Positions 39,021 to 48,692 of a DNA stretch of 64,000 bases are shown piece by piece. The notes under the pieces were generated by a model that did not search any database, had not been told where the DNA came from, and saw nothing but the letters and a program-made list of their open reading frames with translations. Made by a program: the position numbers and the translations under genes. The stretch covers positions 4,526,001-4,590,000 of the forward strand of contig NC_081333.1 of NCBI RefSeq assembly GCF_022539665.2, written 5' to 3'. Source of the DNA: Daphnia carinata. Taxonomy: Eukaryota. The number at the start of each line of letters is the position of its first letter. Positions within the stretch are counted from its first letter, which is position 1.

Positions 39021-42000
39021 GATGTCGGGAGAAACGAACTAGTTGCCACTGACACCACCGAGCATTTAAAATGGGTAGTTCGAATGTCAGTTCGGTTATA
39101 GTCTAACATTTCAATGTGATCAAAAAAAGAAAATAAAACCTTGGCGCGACTGATTAGGGAAATGTGGCAAGGTTAAGGCTTTTATTGCTCAACGTTCCAA
39201 TCAAACATTTGGACAGACATTCGCAAAGGACCTTATGATTTTCCAAGTATGCCCGTTTTTTTGTTTCTGTTATTTGTTAAGAAAAACGCTAGTGACCGTG
39301 ACAAGCAATACGCGGATAATGTTTAACCCCTTCGCTTTTGTTTTAAAATTTAATAGTTGAAAGACACAACGAATGCCATCTGGCATTGAAAGTCGTTGCG
39401 ATTAGTTATTCGAAAGGATTTTTTTTTTAAATGCATTTCTCTCTAGTGCTACCGTATATGTGCATGGCATTATTGACCTACCTAATTCAAAACTGATTTG
39501 TAATCGTTCGCTTTCGATATTTGGGAAAAACTTCCAAGGGAACGGTGAGTCATCTACGTAAAAATCTACAGAAATTGAATCCAGTAGCTCGAAATGTTTT
39601 CGAATTTATACACTGTCACGTAGGTTTAATCGAACAACTTGATGAGAGGTGTACGTGCTCACCCAGATTTTGGTAAGGGGAAAATAGATTCATTAACTGT
39701 AAGTTTTTGCTTTAACCTTGGACCTGACTGGCAAAATTTTCATATTTTGCTTATTCCCGCTAATTACTTTCTTGTAAAAGGACAATGCCAAAAAGGTTAC
39801 CACTACATTACGCCCCTGGTAAAGGTGGGGCAATCAAAAGGAGAGGACAGAAACAGGTGGCGTGATACAACACGTAGACGGTGTATTTTCTTTTCTGAAA
39901 AAGAATTATTTAGCAACTATCTTCGAAACACCTTGGCCCATTATAGAAGCGAAAAATACAAGGAAACTTTGTTTTATTCTGTAAAAGAAATGAACTAAAA
40001 GGAAAATGGATTTTTATGTTTTTATGATTGATACGTTGAAAGCGAATTAATACGAACAATCGACATTGGAGATTGCAGGTGTCACTTTTTTATGTGACAT
40101 ACATAAACAGAAAAACAGGGAAACCCCCCAGTTTAAATAACCACATTTCTCTTGATAACGCTCGTTTTGGGAACGAGGCTTTCATACTTGACTTTTACGT
40201 TATGCTAATCAGTTGTGATTGCGGTAACAAAGAAACTGAATTTTGTTCTGCGTGATTGATCAAGTTTCACTGAACGAAAGTCTTCCTCTCTATTGCACCT
40301 TGAGGAACGAGCTGTGGTTACCCTTTTTGAAACGAGAAAGTAGAATTAGAAGCAGATCGAGTAAGGACGTTGACAAGCATTTTATTAATAGGTTGCAATG
40401 AAAAGCAAAACGGATATAGGCGGGCAGACGTTATACGTTTTCCTTATTTGTTCGGATTCGTATTTTTGGATGGGCGATAGCTCCAAAAAAATATGGCTTC
40501 CATTCAGTCAAACCCAATTTTTGTATATATGAATTGCCAAGTTTCAAATCGTTTTTGCACAGCTTTCCTTTCTTCTACGCAACACGCCCCAATCGAAAAT
40601 TGACGATAGATATAGCGCCCAGCCCACCACCATTGAAGGCCAATTTCTAAAACAGTTTGCCTTTAAGGATTTGATTTGTAATCGTATCCGTATAGTGCAA
40701 TCAAATCCGGGGTTTTACCCAATGGTATGTACATAAAAAAGCTGACGTCACCTTTACGTTATTAACGCGAATTTAAAACACAATGAAAGCCAGTACTCAT
40801 TAAAATAAGATTTTCTTTTGAAACTATCGGAGTCGTGAAAATCATAATCAGAGTCTTTTTTTGCAATCTGGTTATCTAAAACTTAAATCTAAATGGCGTG
40901 AATGAAAAAAACAAAACGATAAGAATTGGCGGACGGGTTTCAAGTGCCAAGGTGTTTTGCAATTTTTAATGTCCACTTCTCACGACGTATTTCTGCACGA
41001 TCAACGAGTTTCTTTAACAAGTGCTCTGTGCACTCATTAAAATAACAAGTTGATTCAACAAGAAACGACATTGTCCACACAAAAAAAGGGTAAAAAAAAA
41101 AGAAAAACGTAGATAACAAAACATCCCCCTTCATTGTTGGGCGTTTTCCACCAAGGTTATGACGTGGATAACACTGAACAAATGTCGAAGATTGTTCTCC
41201 TTGTAATAGCGGGCACACTTCTAATCTTCAAAGAAGCAAATATTGCCCCATTTGAAAGCTTTGCTTTTAAATGCTCACGTAGATTTGCGTTTCTTTCGCT
41301 TTTGTTCTCGTAAACCAGAAACAGATTTCTGAAGTGGGTGTCTTTTGTGGTTCGCTAGACTCACTTAGAAATTGTGCATTTTCTATAGCAACTCAGCATA
41401 AAGACGTGCCCAAGGTTACAATACACTAATGATGAATTAAAACAAAATGGCTATTAGTGAAATGCTTTACTATTCTTGAGTGAATCGGTGTCCTGCTCAT
41501 CAGAAATAATAAGAAAACGCCATGTAGGACCACACCTCTATGATTGCGTCGTTTTGTGAGCAGGACATACTTGGGACAATAGAGTAGAGCAAAGCCAACG
41601 GTGTTTCGCTCCAGGCATTCTGCTCATTGCAAATTTTCCAAAACTTTCCGCAGAAGAATAGTTCCTTGTCCGTGTAAAAAGCGTTGCCCTTTTTAGTATT
41701 GATAAAAATGGCCGTTAACTCTTGCCTCACTGTTTCCTTTGTGGGTCTGATTACGCGTATGAAGTGCTTTTTGAAAGTTATGCGCGTAGATGTCAATTAA
41801 AGAATTCAATGTATAAACATAAAGGCAAGGACCTTGATGACATTTATCGCCATACAGTAAGGTCAACTGTTCTTTTCTAATGTTTTCAAATGTCAACTAA
41901 GATTTAAGAATGGCGGATCATGAAAAAGATAAACGGGTACGTAAGTAACTTGGTTGGCGATAAAATCTCCACGACTTGGAAATGAATAATTAACAAACAA

Positions 42001-42743
42001 AAAAACTGGAGTACAGGAAATGCACTGCGTGAAGAATTGCGACATCGTCTTTGTTACGTAAATTCCATGCGGATCTTATCTCACATCCGTCACTATGGTC
42101 ATGACTAGCAGCATAAATCCACATGCCACTCTAAAATAAATTGCAATCTTTATTCACGACCGAAATCAAACTTGTAATACGGGCACTTCAAACGTATAGC
42201 ATCTACCCGGATATTGTTTCGTAGGTGCTGGACAAAGAGCTGGCCAGCTCCATCCTTCAGACGAACTAAAATTATGTTTACAGCAACGTATGTCACACAG
42301 AATGCTGTGTATTTGCAAATCAAAATGAAAATCCCCCATAACTCACTAATTGAAAACCGAAACCAGCCGTCCAATCAAAAGGTCCCAACCCAATCAAAGC
42401 AATAACATTTAAAACTTGTTTATTTATATCACTCTCTGTCTCGTTCAAGCTCGCCGCTTTTTTTTTCAACGCGTTAATTATAACCATAATAAACAAATTA
42501 ATGATCATTTTCTAGTAACTCGAAATAGGAAATAGAAATAACGCAAAAAATCGATGCACAACTCTTGAATAATTACAGTTGCTATAACCAACTGTTTTCA
42601 AAACAAAAAGTAAATTGAAGTGTTTGAAAAAAAAAAAAGGAGGGGAAATCTGTGTCGACGAGAGAGGCCAAGAAATAAGAACGAACCGACTGTATAACAT
42701 TGGAAGCCAAAAGAATTTCGTTATCCCTTGATAAACGAAAAGG

Positions 42744-43869
42744 CTATAAGAACCACGCCCAAAAGCAGGCAATGAAAAACGGAAGGAAGTACGAAGAATT
42801 CACGGACGGGCTCGAGCTTTCGCCGGATGGAGTGGAATAGACGGCAAGGGCCGTGGCGTATTTCTCCATCAAACGTTTGCCTCTGGGTCCGGGAGCCCTT
42901 TTCAGACGGTCGTCGATTTCTTGGATCTTTTGCTGGAACGTTGGATTGGCCAAGATCTCGTTAAACTCCAGGGAGACTTCGTGACGTTCGTCGTAATGTT
43001 GGTTCACTTGCTGGCCAAGACGCTGGCCCTGGCTCGGTGCCAATGGCGTTGTGCTTTGGACGGCCGGTTTGAGAAGGCTAAGCAATTGCGGAAGGAGGCT
43101 GAAATCGACTTCGTACGAGACGTCGTCATGTTCGTCGGAATCTCGGAAGAGGCGGACACCTTGCTGAGTTGCCCCTTGATTGTTCTGCACGTGTTGGCGA
43201 TTAGGAACGCGGCCAACAAGGTCCTCCAGCGACAAATCGCGATGCTCGTCAGAGTCCCGGAAGCGACGCCCACTTTGCGGGACTGCGAGGACAGCCGGTT
43301 GAGTTTGGACGCGGTGACGGTTGGAATGCCGGCCAATCACGTCTTCCAGCGACAGGTCGTGACGTTCGATAGAATCGTCGGAGAAACGGACACCTTGCCC
43401 GGCTGGAACGACCGCCGGCCTTTGATGAGCTGCTTGAACGTGCTGTCGGTTGGCATTGCGGCCAATCAGGTCCTCTAGCGACAAGTCGTGACGTTCGTTG
43501 GAATGGCGTGAAAATAGGACACCTTGCTGGGCAGGATGAACGGACGGTCTTTGCTGGCCCGGTGTCGCTTGAACATTCTGAGCATTTGCGACACGTCCGA
43601 TAACTTCCATCGAAACATCATCGTGTTCGTGAGATTGGGTCAAGCCTATGACGTGCCCATTTACCGTAAACGTTTGGCCCGGCCGCATTCCTTGAAGATT
43701 TCCAGCAGCCATCTGAGTTGGCAGGTTCGACTGGCTATTTGCTGTATTCAGAAGCATCAATGCTCCCACCAGCTAAAGGAAAATAACGCAAATAATGAAA
43801 TTAAACGCGAAGACAGAAACAAATAGTGTTAAAGACATTGTGTACCATTATATTGAAAGAGGCGAACAT
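42744..43869 (-). CDS. g14: Q/H/R-rich secreted protein with SxE(R/H)xD(L/V)SLE repeats, module B plus GPI-like tail (~350 aa); exons 43846-43869, 42744-43772
   Basis: Exon 1 MFASFNIM|gtacac; acceptor ctttag|LVGALMLLNTANS; EILANPTFQQKIQEIDDRLK...KRLMEKYATALA; ends FLPFFIACFWAWFL. Confidence 0.88.
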
Positions 43870-43999
43870 GGTTGGTTGTCTGGATCGAAACTAGTCGTGT
43901 CAGTTTGACTCGACAACCGCCGTAGAAATAAGATCTCTTGTTTCCTAGCCAAGCTTAGATATATGCACGGAGTAGCTCTAACCGAAATCGAATGCGGAA

Positions 44000-44031
44000 G
44001 ACCTTGGCTCGACTTGTGGGTTACAAGGTTA
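44000..44031. promoter_or_regulatory. Paired FTZ-F1-like sites upstream of g14
   Basis: gaccttgg...acaaggtta. Confidence 0.55.
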
Positions 44032-46128
44032 TACAACGCTGTTCTCTTGTTTGTTCTGCCGTGTGTCTTAAATTCGAGCTCATTCTGTTACACCTTTTTG
44101 CACGACAAAAAAATGGATTTTGGATTTTGAAAAAAATATGGGGTATTTACTTTGATTAGGGTGGCACCTTTAGGCTTTTTTTTTGTTTTTGGCTTTTGCA
44201 AACACAACTTGGCGCAGGTGATCCAGTGAGTAATAGGAAGTGAAAGGTACTGGTGACCTTGCTGTCAGGTGAGGGTATATCTAAATGAGAATAAAAACAA
44301 AAGTATTGCGCTGCGTTGCAAAGAACAAAAAACCTTTTGAATGATGGTTGTTGAACATGCGCACGAAAGGGTTCGTTGGGTGCACAAAAACGTTTAATTG
44401 GTAGACAAATTTCAAAGTGACATTCAAAAGGACAATGGCTAACTTCTTGCCTACTTGACACTACGCAAGCTAATTGGTCGATTGTGGTTCAATCAACGTA
44501 AAAAAATTTTATATTAGGGGTTTTTTTCAAGTGCGTCTTTATTTGTAATGCAAGTTTAATGTTAGTTATTTTGTTGGCGTACGTCATTTCGTCACTCTGT
44601 CTTGAAATCTAGTTTAATGTACGCTCGTTTGAGAGACGGGGTGCCTTGATGGAACAAGATAAAAGGCCTTTGATTCTGAGAAACGAATTCTATCCGTGGG
44701 GCACCCTGAGAAAAATACGTGGAACAAAAGGCGAAACTGGTTTGAAAATATTGAGAAATTTGGAATCGAAGTTTTAATTTCTGGGAGAATGGCCCTTTCA
44801 TTTCACGGGCACGCTCAATATAGTTCCCCCCTCCCATCTACATCATAACCATATAGTTTGGCACAATGAAGCAAAACAGGAATTGAAACGAAGGTGGCCT
44901 TCAACGAGAACAACTCTCACGCGCAGAGTTCCTTGCCGATATTATACTATTAAACTCATTTCTTTTTCCTATGATCCAATATATGTTTGCAATCTCAGTG
45001 CCAGCTTGAATTGTCCCCCCTTCCGGAACCTGAGGTTTGTCTTGTTATATACACTTCATTAGAATCTCCTGTAAATGGCAATTAAACGTAAACATCTTGA
45101 GCTTATGAAATTCAGACGCCAATTTTTTTAAATCACACCCTGATTAAAGAAAATCAATTGAAAAATACAGCCTTGTTGTGTGCGCAAGAAAGGTAAGTTG
45201 CAATTGCAGGTCAATCGAGAACCAAATCGGACTGGTGCACCGTAAATATATGCGCGTATGTAACAGTGAATTCCAGTTTGAAAGGAACGAAAAAACCAAT
45301 GACATTGAGAGCTTCGTGTTTCCTGTTAGTTAACCTCCAACTTTATACATGCTCATTCGCAGGCTGACAGAATATCCAGAAAATAAGTTCGTGGGTAACC
45401 TGTTCTAATACTTGTAATCGTGCTACCGTTTCGGGAACAAGGGCGTGGTTTTTATGGAGAAACAAAGCAAAAATGTTTACGCTGCTTATTAAGGGAAAAA
45501 AACACTTGAGCAAATTTGATTGACGGATATATATTTTTTTGCCAAAAGGAGATTTTGAAATAATATCGTGTTTGCAAGGAAAATGAAACGTGTGTGTCAT
45601 TCCTAAATTTCAAGGGGGGGGGGCCAATTGTTGATGACGTCACGAACATTTTTTGTGCTGTCCTTTTAGATTTCCCGTCTTCCAGAAATTCATTATCGTT
45701 GCTGGACGTCATTGGCTACAACTTGAATATTAAACTAGTATTACTTTTAAAAATCAAAAGGAAAAACAAATCATCACCGTTTTTCACATCGCTCTGCTTT
45801 AACAATCGGTGGTTTATCGCAGGGTTGTGGTGTTATGTCAGCGCTAAGTGGTTAATTCCTATACTACACATAATAAAGAAAATACGTGTTTTAAAGATGA
45901 AACGAGTTGCAGCTAAAACTGTATTTAGCTTTCTTGCTGGAACACGGAGAAAGAGGAGAAGGCTACATACCGCAACCACCCCCCCCAATGATTAGGGGGA
46001 TTGAAAGCTATCCCGAATTGAACTGGTTTAATTGGTTAGAACGAAGTAAGTAATAACAAAAAAATAAATCCCGAAAGAGACGAGCCGTTGTTATGGTACA
46101 AGAAGATCATTGGGAAGTGTATAGCCAT

Positions 46129-48692
46129 CTACGAAAACCAAACCAAAAGGCAAGTGAATAAAAGCGGGAGGTAGAAAGATGATTGAATGATCGATGGTGC
46201 CGAACTGAACGACGGAGATGACAGAGCAAGAGCTTCAGCGTATTTCTCAATCAAACGCTTGCCCCTGACGTCCGGCATCGATTTCAAACGGTCGTCGATC
46301 TCTTGAATCTTTCGCTGGAACAACGGGTTGGCCAAAATGTCTTCCACCTCAAGTGAAACGTCCATTTCCACAGCATTTTGAACGGCCTGATTTCCGTGAT
46401 TTCTTCCACCTATCGATGCCGCCATTCCCTGTTGATGTTGAACAGCTGGCGGGGCCACTGCGTCCGCTTTCGCGCCTGTGAAAAGCCGCTGGATTTCCGG
46501 AAGCAAACTCAAGTCCACTTCCAAGGACAGGTCATCGTGCTCATCCGATTCGCGGTGATATACGGTCGTATTGATTGGACGGCCTTGGTGGTCGAGAACG
46601 CGCCCTCTCCTTTCTCTCGAGTCGTCGTGTTCGTGTGAGTCTTCCAGAATTCGAACACCTGGATGGACTGGCGCTGCTTGGATCTGACCATTTGCTGGCT
46701 GATGGCGGACGCCAATCACGTCTTCTATAGAGACGTCATGTTCATCGGAATGTCTGAAGTGATGTCCGACGCCAGGTGTTGCGGGAACGCGACCACCGCC
46801 AGGTGGTGATTGACTTCCGACGTGGTGCAATTCTGAAGAATCGTCATCGATTTCGTCCGAGTGCCTAATGACGTGGCCGCCAATGACCGTTGTTTCGTGA
46901 GGCGTGACAGCCACCTTCCGCACGAGCCCGATCATTTCCATCGAATCATCGCGCTCGTGTGATTGTCTTGACACGACACGCACTCCCTGCTGGCCTATTG
47001 GGCGCATCGGAAGACTGCGACCAATGCCCCGCATTTCGTCAGACGTGTCGTCGAGTTCGTGCGAATGCCTCATCGAAGGCATTCGCTGGACCGTTGCAGT
47101 TCCGTTGCGGACATGCAAAATCACTTCGACCGACGTGTCGTCACGTTCGTCAGAATGGCTGACACGATGAACGTCTTGGTGGTTCGACCTCGTTAAGTTG
47201 TGTTGATTCAATATTCTTCTGACGACTTCAGATGACACGTCTCGTTCGTCAGAATCCCTGAACACGCCCTGACGATGAACGGCAGTCCTTTGCGTTTGGC
47301 CGTTCGATAGGTGGAGGACGCCTTCTAACGAGACATCGTGTTCGCTAGAATCTGCCAACAGATGTCGCACATCCGTTGGCGGAATTGCAGGGGTGCCTAC
47401 ACCTGGGGAAACGGCTCGTGTTGGGATGCCTGTTCTGACGTGATGGATTTCCACAGAATGATCGTCCACTTCGTCAGAATGATCGATTAAATGGCGTCCG
47501 ACGATGACGGCCGCAGCCTGTCCAAGTGTTGCCGGTCGGATTTGAACGTTTTGTTGGTTCAAAACGCGCGCCACATTGTCAAGGGGTAGCGGAGGTCCGT
47601 TAACAGGTGTTTGAATCCCAGCGTTTAACTGGATCGGATTAGTATTTAAGGCTGTAAATGTAGGTGTCGGGGGCATACGTGATCTTGTGATTTCATCGGA
47701 AAACAAATCGTCGTGTTCGATGGAATCTTTCTGTTCGGCTCTGACGTTAACGATCTGCTTTGTTATAGGGTCAATTTGGACGTCAATGTCATCAGCGTGT
47801 TCCAACCATGGCAAATCAACGCGACCGCCAGAGCGCGGCCGATCAAGGGGAGGTTGAGGATTAGTCGTTTGACCAAGGCCAGTCGCTTTGGCCGCTACTG
47901 CTGGAACATTCGGAATGGGCGGTGCGTTTAAAACCGATACTCTTGAAACAATTTCATCAGAATAATCGTCATGTTCGTCAGAATGTCTGAACATGGCCTT
48001 GTGGATCGGTGGGGGTTGAACGCTGACAGGAGTCGTGACCGTACGGATAATAACCTGTTTTCCCGGTTGGGCGGAAACAATCAAACGCTCGTCCGGATGC
48101 TTGGTAATACGTTGGCCCGCTTGGCTTCCGGCATTCGGTGTCATTTGAATTGATGCAACCTGCTTATTAGAGCTCAAAATACCTGTAATGGATCTTTCTT
48201 CGTCGGACAGGTCATCGTGTTCGTCAGAGTGGAACGAAACGGGAAGCCGGACGTTAGCCGTTGGGGCTCGAGTCACTTGGTTAACGGTACGGATCGTCGG
48301 GTTTCGGCCAACAGCCGGAGCAACAGTGCCAACAGCAATCCTGAACTCTGAGGAATCATCGTGTTCATCCGAATGCCTGGCAATGGCCTGTCCGTTATTG
48401 GCCGGACGTTGTAGCCCTATCCTTTTCAGATGATCTTCTGCCGATGTGAATAGCTCGTGACTTTCGCGAGATTCAAATCCACGGACTCCATCACTTGTAA
48501 TTGTGAAAGAATCAGCTTCTTTTAAATTGATTGCAACGAGTAGTGCGCCAATCAGCTGGAAAAAAAACAAAAAACAAATAGAATCACAATTATGAGAAAC
48601 ACGTTAACTGTCAGAGGGACATAATTTATAATTCTTGTTTTTTTTTTTTTGTTTACCACTACGTAAATTTGACGGCACACAGTGGTCGTCAT
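46129..48692 (-). CDS. g15: H/R/V-rich protein with many RHSDEHDDxS repeats, one module C, module B plus GPI-like tail (~820 aa); exons 48657-48692, 46129-48555
   Basis: Exon 1 MTTTVCRQIYVV|gtaaac; acceptor ttccag|LIGALLVAINLKEADS; DILANPLFQRKIQEIDDRLK...KRLIEKYAEALA; ends YLPLLFTCLLVWFS. Confidence 0.87.

Noticed and set aside
39100..42700. Long intergenic gap possibly hiding another paralogue or a TE
   Set aside because: No SxE-rich frame, module remnants, TIRs or transposase/RT motifs recognised.
1663..48433. Many plus-strand ORFs overlapping the cluster genes (e.g. 16259-16948, 42921-43478, 27029-27484)
   Set aside because: Antisense shadows of low-complexity coding exons, with no independent domain, start context or splice support.
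1594..48692. Assignment to classical cuticular protein families (CPR/RR, CPAP, Tweedle) or to true SCPP homologues
   Set aside because: No Rebers-Riddiford consensus or six-Cys ChtBD2 pattern is visible; the SCPP similarity is compositional and architectural only, not demonstrable homology.
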